Program-made: the position numbers and the translations under genes
Part shown: one piece after another, positions 1 through 8,108 of the stretch
Numbering within the stretch: the first letter of the stretch is position 1
Layout: each line of letters starts with the position of its first letter
IMG/VR virus record: IMGVR_UViG_3300014153_000001
Span: 1 to 55,532 of that record
Source: a virus
Lineage: Duplodnaviria; Caudoviricetes
DNA length: 55,532 nt
Reading direction: 5' to 3' (one strand)
The notes under the pieces: generated by a model
The model's database searches: none
The model's input: only the letters and a program-made list of their open reading frames with translations
Told to the model about the DNA's origin: nothing

Positions 1-111
1 GAAGCGCCCGTCGGATGGCTTCAAGGAGTCGGGGACCTTGATCCCAGGCGGGGCGGAGGGGTCTGTAGAGGTGTTGGAGGTACGGGGCCGGTTTCTCGGA
101 GAGATAGTCAC
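1..111 (-). CDS. 5' end of a gene running off the window, unknown product
   Basis: GTG overlaps the repressor stop (GTGA); open to the window edge (VTISPRNRPRTS...). Position would suit an integrase but no motif is visible. Confidence 0.3.
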   Translation of the reverse strand, partial: MTISPRNRPRTSNTSTDPSAPPGIKVPDSLKPSDGRF

Positions 112-404
112 ATGTGACAGCATTTGACCAACTCGTCCACCATGGCAAGTCCGTTACGGACCGACTCGGGTAGCTCACCGAGGGTGTGCCCGTAGGCGAG
201 GGTCAGGGCCGCTACGACGACCGGGTCAGGTTCGTTCTTCGGTCCCAGCTCGAGGCGTCGCACGAGCTCACGGCTGATCGGGTAGGGCAGCCGCTCCGAG
301 GCACGCTCTGCCGCCTCCGTCTGGGACATCCCTGTCGCTACACGCCAAACAGCGAGCAGCCGGCCCAGGGAGTCGATCGCCACCGACGTCGTGATCTGCG
401 CCAT
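108..404 (-). CDS. XRE-family HTH immunity repressor
   Basis: LGRLLAVWRVATGMSQTEAA...ISRELVRRLELG HTH pattern; divergent from a Cro-like gene; leaderless ATG at 404. Confidence 0.8.
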   Translation of the reverse strand: MAQITTSVAIDSLGRLLAVWRVATGMSQTEAAERASERLPYPISRELVRRLELGPKNEPDPVVVAALTLAYGHTLGELPESVRNGLAMVDELVKCCHM

Positions 405-506
405 GCACAAATCGTGTCACGTCCCGAGGTCCCCTGGCAAGGTTCTCCTCGCGAAAGGCTTGACACGGATTGTGCAGAGCGCGAAGGTAATGCACGATTC
501 GTGTAT
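404..506. promoter_or_regulatory. Lysis/lysogeny switch: divergent promoters and three operator-like repeats
   Basis: Related 16-mers at 404-419, 461-476 (inverted) and 491-506; minus-strand TTGCCA-N18-CACGAT-N6-ATG; plus-strand TTGACA at 460-465. Confidence 0.7.
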
Positions 507-549
507 CGCAGCCCTGTAACTACACCGCTGGCGTCTCTCGTGAGGTCCG

Positions 550-744
550 ATGGCCAACAGTTTCGAACTGGTCGACAACGCAATGCACGGGGCACTCGAG
601 CTGCGGCTTCGGCGCATGCGTGAGGACGGGTGGTCCATGCAGAAGATCGCCCAGACGTTCACGGACGAGGGGTTCCCCGTCTCCCGCGAGACCATCCGGC
701 GCTGGCTCGATCATCTGAAGCTGCCGCTCCGAGGCGTGGCATGA
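550..744 (+). CDS. Cro-like HTH protein
   Basis: 64 aa, GWSMQKIAQ...VSRETIRRWL; GAGG SD. Confidence 0.75.
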   Translation: MANSFELVDNAMHGALELRLRRMREDGWSMQKIAQTFTDEGFPVSRETIRRWLDHLKLPLRGVA

Positions 745-848
745 GAATCCGCCAGAGGCGCCTCACGTCGACGAGAAGGCGGACGCGTCAGCGTGAAGAG
801 CGGCGGCGCGAGCAGAAGCGCAAGCGCGAGAACGAGCCGAAGTCATGA
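741..848 (+). CDS. small basic hypothetical protein
   Basis: ATGA overlaps at both ends. Confidence 0.35.
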   Translation: MRIRQRRLTSTRRRTRQREERRREQKRKRENEPKS

Positions 849-1708
849 GCGACGACATTGCCAGGGACGAGCTCGTGGTCGAGAAGCCCGCGCCCGAAGA
901 CGAGCGCCTCTGGGGTGTCACGACGCTCCTCAAGGTCGCCCGGGGCACCGGCCCCGGTCTCGAATACTGGGGCAAAGAGCAAGTCGCCAAGGCCGCGCTC
1001 AAAGGACAATCCACGGTGGCGGCGATGCTGCGTGAGCAAGGCGAAGCGGCGGCGCTCAAGTGGTTGATGGACGCGCCCTACCGCCGCCCCAAGGACTCGA
1101 CGTACACGAATGCCGAGCGCGGGACGGCAGTGCACCGAGCGTGCGAGACCTACGCCAAGACCGGTGAGCGTCCCGAGGTCGACGACGAGGTCGCCCCGTA
1201 CCTCAACCAGTTCGAGAAGTGGCTGGTCAGGTTCCAGCCGGTCACGTACGAGGCGGCCGAGATGACCGTCTACAGCCGCCGGTACAGCTACGCGGGCACC
1301 TGCGACGCCTTCATGTGGATCGACGGTCATCTGTTCATCGTCGACTACAAGACAGCGGCCAAGTCGTACGACGCCAAGGGGAACCCGACGACCCCCTACC
1401 CCGAGGCGGTGTTGCAGCTCGCCGCGTACGCCCATGCCGAATTTGCCGCTGCCTGGCGGGTGCGCCGTTTCGAGCAGTTTTACAGGAGGTACTACCTGCT
1501 GGGCGAGGACGAACTCGACGCGAAGGTCGAGATCCCGAAGGCCGAGGCGGGGCTCGTCATCCATATCGCGCCCGAGCACTGTGAGGCGTATCCGGTCCCG
1601 GTCGACGATGACATGTTCAACGCCTTTCTCGACCACCTCGAGGTGGCGCGCTTCACGCTTGACACTTCGAAGGACTTCTTCCGTGAGCCCCTGGTGGCGC
1701 CATCATGA
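845..1708 (+). CDS. PD-(D/E)xK (RecB/Cas4-like) phage exonuclease
   Basis: RGTAVH, YAGTCD, IVDYKT, LQLAAY motifs. Confidence 0.85.
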   Translation: MSDDIARDELVVEKPAPEDERLWGVTTLLKVARGTGPGLEYWGKEQVAKAALKGQSTVAAMLREQGEAAALKWLMDAPYRRPKDSTYTNAERGTAVHRACETYAKTGERPEVDDEVAPYLNQFEKWLVRFQPVTYEAAEMTVYSRRYSYAGTCDAFMWIDGHLFIVDYKTAAKSYDAKGNPTTPYPEAVLQLAAYAHAEFAAAWRVRRFEQFYRRYYLLGEDELDAKVEIPKAEAGLVIHIAPEHCEAYPVPVDDDMFNAFLDHLEVARFTLDTSKDFFREPLVAPS

Positions 1709-2058
1709 ATACGATCGAGCGGCGTCTCTATGACGCCCTCGGGGAGCGCGGCTTTACGGTCTACCGCCGCGGCTGGCCAGATTTCCTGGTTGAGCACCCG
1801 AAGTGGCACACCGGGATGGCACTTGAACTGAAGGCTGGCGTGGACCGCCTGACACCTGAGCAACTGGCAATGCACGAAGCTCTGCGCCGATTTGGTGTGC
1901 CGGTTTCCGTCGTGCGCGAGTCCTTCGTTGAGAGACTCTGCGCTTTCTCGGGTTCTCGGGGGGCCCTACCGCCAGGCGAGGTCTTGACATCTTGCCACGA
2001 CGCGAGCGAAGCCGAACTGCGGAACCTTGCCTTCCTCGTTGCTGGGGCGACAGCGTGA
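1705..2058 (+). CDS. VRR-NUC domain nuclease
   Basis: GWPDFL...ELKA...LTPEQ. Confidence 0.75.
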   Translation: MNTIERRLYDALGERGFTVYRRGWPDFLVEHPKWHTGMALELKAGVDRLTPEQLAMHEALRRFGVPVSVVRESFVERLCAFSGSRGALPPGEVLTSCHDASEAELRNLAFLVAGATA

Positions 2059-2921
2059 GCGTCTCAGTCGCGGATAAGAACGGGCCTGGGCTGGTCCTCC
2101 CTAGCTTGAACCCGATCCGTCCAATGGACGTCCTGGAGGCAAAGGCTGATCTTGGTCGCTGGTTCGATTCGTCCAATGCGACTCGTTACTTCAGCACCTA
2201 CAGCAGCACCGATCCCACTGATCCCATGCCCCTTGGTTTTCTCGACGGGAAGTGGACTCAGAGACTCATCCAGCGCCAGGGGTTTTGGGTTGACCCCGAT
2301 ATGTGCCGTCTTGCATCGATAGCTGCCCAGTCATTACCGGCAGAGGCGGAGGTGGAACCCGCTACGCCTCAGGGGTTTATTTACCTCGAACTCCCCAATC
2401 CGTTGTCCCTGCACGACGGCTTCCCGCTGCAAATGCAAGGTGTCACCTGGGACGAGACGATCATGTTTGGGCTGTACCGTCTCCGTCGGGCCCTTGTTCC
2501 CACCGAGTGGCCCATTCCTTACCGCGATTCGATTATTTTCGAGGCTTCTCTCTGGCATGATCTCCACTCGATAGTCAGTTGGGCCAAAACCTACTGGCTG
2601 CTTCTCGCTCAGCGTTTGAGCACTCAGACCGCAGCAAGGATCGATCGGGCAACGCGACGCCGGTGTCGCCACCGCTCGGTCCCTGACAACCAGACCGTTG
2701 AGATCGTCTCACTGCGAAGATCTGCGATCGAAGAATCTCAAAGTTGCGATGAACCTAGAAGCATTGAGTGGACGCATCGGTGGATGGTCGACGGTCATTG
2801 GCGCAACCAGTGGTACCCCTCTGACCAGGCCCATCGATTCACCTGGATCGCTCCCTACATCAAAGGTCCTCCGGACAAGCCGTTTGTTCTCCGGGAGAAG
2901 GTCTACAGGTGGCACAGGTGA
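2055..2921 (+). CDS. conserved phage hypothetical protein
   Basis: GTGA-coupled; C-terminal HRWMVDGHWRNQWYPS...WIAPYIKGP motif seen in actinophage proteins; lower GC. Confidence 0.7.
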   Translation: MSVSVADKNGPGLVLPSLNPIRPMDVLEAKADLGRWFDSSNATRYFSTYSSTDPTDPMPLGFLDGKWTQRLIQRQGFWVDPDMCRLASIAAQSLPAEAEVEPATPQGFIYLELPNPLSLHDGFPLQMQGVTWDETIMFGLYRLRRALVPTEWPIPYRDSIIFEASLWHDLHSIVSWAKTYWLLLAQRLSTQTAARIDRATRRRCRHRSVPDNQTVEIVSLRRSAIEESQSCDEPRSIEWTHRWMVDGHWRNQWYPSDQAHRFTWIAPYIKGPPDKPFVLREKVYRWHR

Positions 2922-3244
2922 GGGAGCTCGGACTGAGAGAGCCCCTCCGTTTCACCCCGCCCCCTGACGGCCCGGAGTGCATCGAGGACAACTGCCAGCG
3001 ACCGCCCTACGAAGGCGATCGTTGCAAGTTCCATCGCGACGTGCACGACTACAAGACGCACGCGCTCGCACAGCGACCTGCGCAGAAGCCCGAGTCGCTA
3101 GGGCTGAGGCGACTGGTCCGTCCCCCGGTGGCAGGGAAACCAGCAATCCAGAAGCCGGCAGCGCCGCCAGCTCGAAGAGGGGCCAGGATCAGTCCGTCAG
3201 GGCAGCACTACTCGTGCTGCGAGTGCGGGGAATGCCCGTCATGA
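2918..3244 (+). CDS. hypothetical Cys/His-containing protein
   Basis: Coupled overlaps at both ends; CIEDNC...CKFH. Confidence 0.5.
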   Translation: MRELGLREPLRFTPPPDGPECIEDNCQRPPYEGDRCKFHRDVHDYKTHALAQRPAQKPESLGLRRLVRPPVAGKPAIQKPAAPPARRGARISPSGQHYSCCECGECPS

Positions 3245-3486
3245 GGCACCCCGGCGACATCCGTCACGAGTTGAGCGTGCTTCGCGATCGTGCCGAAAGG
3301 GGTTCGTGGAGCGAATTCGATGAAACGATGTACGGACTCGATCGCGAAGATGCTCTCCTGCTCTGTGAGCTCGCCGAGTCATTACTCGAAGAGGTCGAGC
3401 GTTGCCGACGACTGCTCGAGGACGTCAAACGCCGTACCGACCCCCATGCGGGGTCCGCTCTATCGCCTACACGGAGCCGAACTTGA
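3241..3486 (+). CDS. hypothetical protein
   Basis: ATGA overlap; helical acidic sequence. Confidence 0.5.
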   Translation: MRHPGDIRHELSVLRDRAERGSWSEFDETMYGLDREDALLLCELAESLLEEVERCRRLLEDVKRRTDPHAGSALSPTRSRT

Positions 3487-3489
3487 CTC

Positions 3490-3915
3490 TTGCGACCACT
3501 TCGACATGTGGCGCTGGCCACCGTTGTGATTCTCCTGAGCAGTTGTGCTCAGACCCCTCGTCCCGCAAGTGCGCCCCCGCCGCACCCGACCCCCTGGTCG
3601 GTCCAGCGGGCGACTGCCGGGACCTCGACCACAGACGAGGTTCCGGCAACTTCGACGACCACGACCGCTGCGCCCGTCACTTCCTGGCAGGCCCTTGTGC
3701 TCTCACTCCCGTGGGACGGGCGACTCATGCTCCGCGTCAGTTGGTGCGAGGACCGCACGGGCGATCCGACAGCGATCAACGGCGTCAGCTTCGGCTTGTT
3801 TCAAGAACGCCGCGAGAAGAGTTCGGACCCGATGCAGCAAGTGCACGACGCTTACGCGTTATGGCGTGCACAGGGTCTACAGGCTTGGAATTCGTCGCGC
3901 GCGTGTTGGGGTTGA
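3490..3915 (+). CDS. secreted/lipoprotein lysozyme-like (transglycosylase-like) protein
   Basis: Signal peptide with LLSSC lipobox, Thr-rich linker, WCE...A-N...GLFQ...AW lysozyme-fold motifs. Confidence 0.65.
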   Translation: MRPLRHVALATVVILLSSCAQTPRPASAPPPHPTPWSVQRATAGTSTTDEVPATSTTTTAAPVTSWQALVLSLPWDGRLMLRVSWCEDRTGDPTAINGVSFGLFQERREKSSDPMQQVHDAYALWRAQGLQAWNSSRACWG

Positions 3916-3916
3916 C

Positions 3917-4120
3917 GTGAGTCGGCAGCGCAAGCGTCGGGCAGCTGGGCTCACGTCTCTTGCCCGCGGTCGTCTCGAACTCGCGCGCGAACAGTACGAA
4001 GCCGAGCTGAAACGCAGGCGTCAGAAGGCTCAGACCGTGCCCGCCCAGCTGAGTCGGCTGAAGGCTGCGCGTCGCAAACGCGCTCGGCGCCGAGGGCGCA
4101 ACCTTGAGAGGGCATCGTGA
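3917..4120 (+). CDS. small Arg-rich hypothetical protein
   Basis: Fills the gap; coupled to next gene. Confidence 0.35.
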   Translation: MSRQRKRRAAGLTSLARGRLELAREQYEAELKRRRQKAQTVPAQLSRLKAARRKRARRRGRNLERAS

Positions 4121-5652
4121 CCATTCGCAGCATCATCTCGTTGCAACGCGCTCTGCACGAGACGGGGAGGATCCGCCTCGGCGAGCAGGTGCCGATCGAG
4201 TCGGGCCCGAACAAGGGCAAGATGCGCGCCAGCAAGCTCACGAAGTTCCGCTTCACTTCCGCCCATCGTCGCTCGCTCGAGGCAGTCGCCCGTCTTTACG
4301 GCGGAGAGGTGAAGCAGTGGACCGACACCGCCCCGGTCGAGGGCCAGTGGGAGCTTTACGCCGACGTCTCGGAGATCGACGTCGTGGTCTTCGTGAGCGA
4401 CATGGCCTTCTCGCAGTGCTACGAACTCTGGTCTGCCAGTGGATGCAAACGCCGATGCGATAGCGCGTACAACGAGCTCGACGAAGATGGTCGCTGCCTC
4501 TGTAACCCGGATAAGCGTGACTGCAAGCTCACAACGCGGGTGTCGTTCATGTTGGCGCAGATCCCCGGCATCGGGCTGTGGCGCCTAGAGACGCATTCGT
4601 ACTACAGCGGCCTCGCCCTTCTCGCTTCTTTCGAAATGGCACATCTGTTGGCGCAGAGTGTCGGCAGATCGGTGCTCCCCGGCAAGCTGCGTCTTATGCC
4701 GGATGCCAAGAAGCGTCCGACGCCCACGAAGAGCGACCCCGACAAGGTGAGCACCTTCAAGTTCATGAAGGTCTTTCTGGACTTCGACGTCGACATGTCC
4801 GCGCTGGCGCTCGGTGCCTCACCGATAGCCGCCCCATCTCTGGCTGCCGGCGAGGGTGGACAGTACCCCCCTCCAGCCCTCCCGGCAGCCGGGCTCACAC
4901 CGGTGCCGTCGACCGGCACGCCGAGCATCCCCGATCAGATCGCTGCCGCTGCTGCCCCCAAGGAACGGCCCAGGCGCAGCAACAGTCCGCCGTCCATCCC
5001 GTCGACCGGACGCCATCCCCGGACGGCACAGGCGGCGGCAGGGGAGAACGCGGCCAGCCATGGCGCCGAGGGAGATCCTCGGACGGTGCCCTCTAGCACT
5101 GCTGCAACAGCGGCCCCGTTCTCCCCGCAGGACAGGGCAGCACTCGCCCGGGCGCGCGTCGACATGCGCAACCGCATCACGGACGCGCTGGACAGGAGCG
5201 AAGCAAAGGCCTTCGAGGAGACGATCGACCGGGAGTGGCCACCCGACGAGCGCACTCTCGGGGAGTACGAGGCGATCAACGAGTGGCTCGATGAGAACTT
5301 GCCGAACGCGTCGTTCAGGACAGATGACGAGACAGCGGGTCGGGCGCCAGGTAAGAGCGGTGCGTCCGATGGAGAAGCACGTCGGGACGGGGACGAAGAT
5401 GCTAGCCCGCCGCCGCCCGCTGGTGACGTTCCCGGTTATGCAGGCGATCTGCACCGAAAGGCTCAGGAGCTCGGGCTCGCCGAGGAGGCTTTCGACGCCG
5501 TCGTCTACAAGGTAACCGCTGGGCGCACCACCTCGGCGAAGGAACTCAAAGCGCGCGAGGCCAGCCGCGTCTTCCAGCACCTGCTCGAGATCGAAGCCGG
5601 CAATCTCGTCGTGATCGACGGTTCCGACGGCTGGGTGGTGCAGCCGAAGTGA
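4117..5652 (+). CDS. Gp3-like (recombination-directionality-factor-like) DNA-binding/recombination protein
   Basis: GRIRLG, FRFTS, LYGGEV, YELWSASGCKRRCD, CLC, TRVSF, GLWRLETHS; long Pro/Ala linker. Confidence 0.75.
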   Translation: MTIRSIISLQRALHETGRIRLGEQVPIESGPNKGKMRASKLTKFRFTSAHRRSLEAVARLYGGEVKQWTDTAPVEGQWELYADVSEIDVVVFVSDMAFSQCYELWSASGCKRRCDSAYNELDEDGRCLCNPDKRDCKLTTRVSFMLAQIPGIGLWRLETHSYYSGLALLASFEMAHLLAQSVGRSVLPGKLRLMPDAKKRPTPTKSDPDKVSTFKFMKVFLDFDVDMSALALGASPIAAPSLAAGEGGQYPPPALPAAGLTPVPSTGTPSIPDQIAAAAAPKERPRRSNSPPSIPSTGRHPRTAQAAAGENAASHGAEGDPRTVPSSTAATAAPFSPQDRAALARARVDMRNRITDALDRSEAKAFEETIDREWPPDERTLGEYEAINEWLDENLPNASFRTDDETAGRAPGKSGASDGEARRDGDEDASPPPPAGDVPGYAGDLHRKAQELGLAEEAFDAVVYKVTAGRTTSAKELKAREASRVFQHLLEIEAGNLVVIDGSDGWVVQPK

Positions 5653-5996
5653 GTCAGTACGCCGCCGACACGACCGTCTCAACCGAGAACAGCCGAGCCG
5701 AGATCGAGCGCACACTGCGCCGCTATCAGGCCGACGCCTTCGCCTACGGCTGGGATGGCAACAAGGCGATGATCCAGTTCGATGCGCAGGACCGGCGCAT
5801 CCGCTTCGTGCTACCGCTGCCCGAGCGTGACGATCCGTCGTTCACGAGGACTCCCGGACGCGGGCTTACGCGCAACGCCGAGGCCGCCGAGCGTGCATGG
5901 GAGCAGGGGTGTCGCCAGCGATGGCGCGCTCTCGCTCTGTGCATCAAGGCCAAGCTCGAAGCTGTCGAGTCAGGAATCTCGACCTTCGAAGAAGAA
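5649..5996 (+). pseudogene. 5' part of a conserved phage gene interrupted by an insertion (ORF reads on to 6191 in foreign sequence)
   Basis: YAADTTV...SRAEIE...RWRALALCIKAKLEAVESGISTFEEE; the expected C-terminus lies at about 7406-7522. Confidence 0.75.
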
Positions 5997-6130
5997 GGCG
6001 ACTATCCCTTCACTGTCGAAGATGATAAAAGCCCAGGTGTGACATTCGGCGCTTCTAGCGTCTCCGCTGACTGGTCTGTCGCCGCTGGAAATTGGGCTCA
6101 TCCAGGCGTTGTGCGACCCGAGGATGTGGC

Positions 6131-7480
6131 TCAGGGCTTGACGAGGATTTCCACCGAGGACGTTTCGCCGTCCTCAGTGGTCAAACGATAAGTGTGGATG
6201 CCCGCCTTGGCTTCTCTGAGCGTTACGGCAAGGGGCTGTATCTGTCGAACGTCCCACTCTGTCGGAGTCCCTGGGTCGTTTGGGCTCAGGGTAAATGTGA
6301 ATTCGACCGGATCGGCCTCGGCCGGTTGCCCATCAGGCCCGAAGTGTTCAAGGACCACTCGATGGGTGGCTTGGTCGTATGGCAACGCCACACAGCAAAT
6401 CAGTTGCAATTGGTTAGGAAACGAGTGGATCGTAACGGTCTCCGTTCCTGCCCCCTGGATATCCCAAAACCCGTCGCGTTGTGCAACCTGTTGGCAGTGC
6501 ATGAACCACTCGATCCTCATGGCGGGCAACTTAGATCCAAGACCCTTTGCCTGCCCCCTTCGCGAAGGTGCTACAGACCAGTCGAGGGGGCGCGCCCAAT
6601 GAGAGGTTGGCTGGAGGGTCGATCCCCATGTGGCATGTGCAGGAAGCGTCGCCGCGGTGACACGGTGGCTCGCTGCTCCGTTGGGAGCCCAGTTCGCGAT
6701 CCGATCAACAGTCGGCCATATCTGGAGGAGCCAGGGAAGGATCGAATCAGGAGGCAAGAGCGGGTCGGGGTTCAGTGGACCGGTCCCACTCTCGATCAGG
6801 TCGTGCGCGAAGACCTGGAAGCCGAGACAACCGAGTGTGAAGGTGGAGAGCGAAGCTACAGCGCGCTGCGGGTGCTCCTCCTTACTGGACAGGACGACCT
6901 CGGAGAGCGTCGCCACTACCGCCTCCTTCGGCGTTTCTTGGGCGTGGTACAGAAACAGCCACACCTGCGTGTCGGGCGGCGGCTCTCGTTGCTCTCGGTG
7001 CTCGTAGAGCCACCTGAAGAGGCCGAGCGATAAATGTCCTCCTGGGTAGTCCCTGAGCGACTGTCGCATAGAGAGTTCGAGGCACAGGGCCTTCTCGATC
7101 GCCCAGAAGGTGGCCGTCCTTTGTGCGTCGCCATCCAGCGGAATGGGCAGATTGGTGGCGTCCGGATAAATCATGTCGGCAAGGATTGGCTTGCTTGCAT
7201 TTTCCAGCACACTCATCCACCCGTTGTTACAACCCTTGCAAATCGCTTTCCGCAACCTCGCTTGCAGAACCGTGTTATTGCGCGTCTTCCGGCCTGGTCG
7301 TCGATACTCAACCCTTCCCCAGCGGGGAAGCACCTTGCGAAGCCATTTCGGAAGCACGTCTTCGACGTGGAAGGGCCCCTGGCTAGTTCCACAGAAGATG
7401 CAGGTGTGGTCTTGCCGGACGGCTCGACTGTCGGCGGCTGGATCGGTCCGCAGATCGGACAGGCCTACGAGACGGGGCAC
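6131..7480 (-). CDS. foreign HNH-like (His-Me finger) protein, start uncertain
   Basis: CIFCG...EDVLPKWL...CKGCNNGWMSVLE; antisense to the operon; lower GC. Confidence 0.7.
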   Translation of the reverse strand: MPRLVGLSDLRTDPAADSRAVRQDHTCIFCGTSQGPFHVEDVLPKWLRKVLPRWGRVEYRRPGRKTRNNTVLQARLRKAICKGCNNGWMSVLENASKPILADMIYPDATNLPIPLDGDAQRTATFWAIEKALCLELSMRQSLRDYPGGHLSLGLFRWLYEHREQREPPPDTQVWLFLYHAQETPKEAVVATLSEVVLSSKEEHPQRAVASLSTFTLGCLGFQVFAHDLIESGTGPLNPDPLLPPDSILPWLLQIWPTVDRIANWAPNGAASHRVTAATLPAHATWGSTLQPTSHWARPLDWSVAPSRRGQAKGLGSKLPAMRIEWFMHCQQVAQRDGFWDIQGAGTETVTIHSFPNQLQLICCVALPYDQATHRVVLEHFGPDGQPAEADPVEFTFTLSPNDPGTPTEWDVRQIQPLAVTLREAKAGIHTYRLTTEDGETSSVEILVKP

Positions 7481-7522
7481 ATGCCGCCGCTGCTGCCTGC
7501 GCTTGAACGAGGTGCGCCATGA
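7406..7522 (+). pseudogene. 3' part of the interrupted gene
   Basis: VVLPDGSTVGGWIGPQIGQAYETGHMPPLLP, still ATGA-coupled to the next gene. Confidence 0.7.
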
Positions 7523-7812
7523 ACCTTCGCAGATTTCGCAAGATCATCGAAACCGCCCAGATAGCGAGGCTGGAGCTTCACGACGGTGATGTCGTGCTCT
7601 TCCGTGTCCCTGATGGCTTGAGTGCGCAAGAGCATCACATGCTCAAGGAGGTCGTCAGATCGACCTTCGCAGCGGCACAACCTTCAACCGCGATCGAGAC
7701 TCTGCTCGTTCCCGAGGGTGTGACCGTCGAGATCCTAGGACGTGCAATGAGACCAGGGGAACGAGAGATGAACTGGACCAAAACAGCACCGAATTCAGGG
7801 ATTGCGCCATGA
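7519..7812 (+). CDS. hypothetical protein
   Basis: ATGA-coupled; GAGG SD. Confidence 0.6.
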   Translation: MNLRRFRKIIETAQIARLELHDGDVVLFRVPDGLSAQEHHMLKEVVRSTFAAAQPSTAIETLLVPEGVTVEILGRAMRPGEREMNWTKTAPNSGIAP

Positions 7813-8108
7813 CCCGCTTCTACCGCGTCCTCGTTCTGCTCGCGTGCGTCGCCGTCGCAGTCCTCGTGACTCTCTGGCCACCAGCGTGGGTGTGGTGCCT
7901 CACATGGCTTCTCGTTGACTTCGTAGCGGTGCTCATCGTCGCTGGCCTCGACACCCTCGAGGAACGAGGCGAGTTCATGCTCGTCGAGTTGCGCCATCGG
8001 GCGATGTTCTCGCGACGAGGTCTCAACCAGCGCGAGTACCGACGTCTGGAGCATCTGCTCGATCGCCATTCATCACGAATATCAAGCACCGAGAGGACTG
8101 CCGTATGA
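7809..8108 (+). CDS. membrane protein (2 TM)
   Basis: Two hydrophobic helices; coupled overlaps. Confidence 0.6.
   Translation: MTRFYRVLVLLACVAVAVLVTLWPPAWVWCLTWLLVDFVAVLIVAGLDTLEERGEFMLVELRHRAMFSRRGLNQREYRRLEHLLDRHSSRISSTERTAV

Noticed and set aside
5997-7405. IS element or self-splicing intron
   Set aside because: No transposase, terminal repeats or recognisable intron core; the ORF is antisense; precise removal does not obviously restore the usual residues
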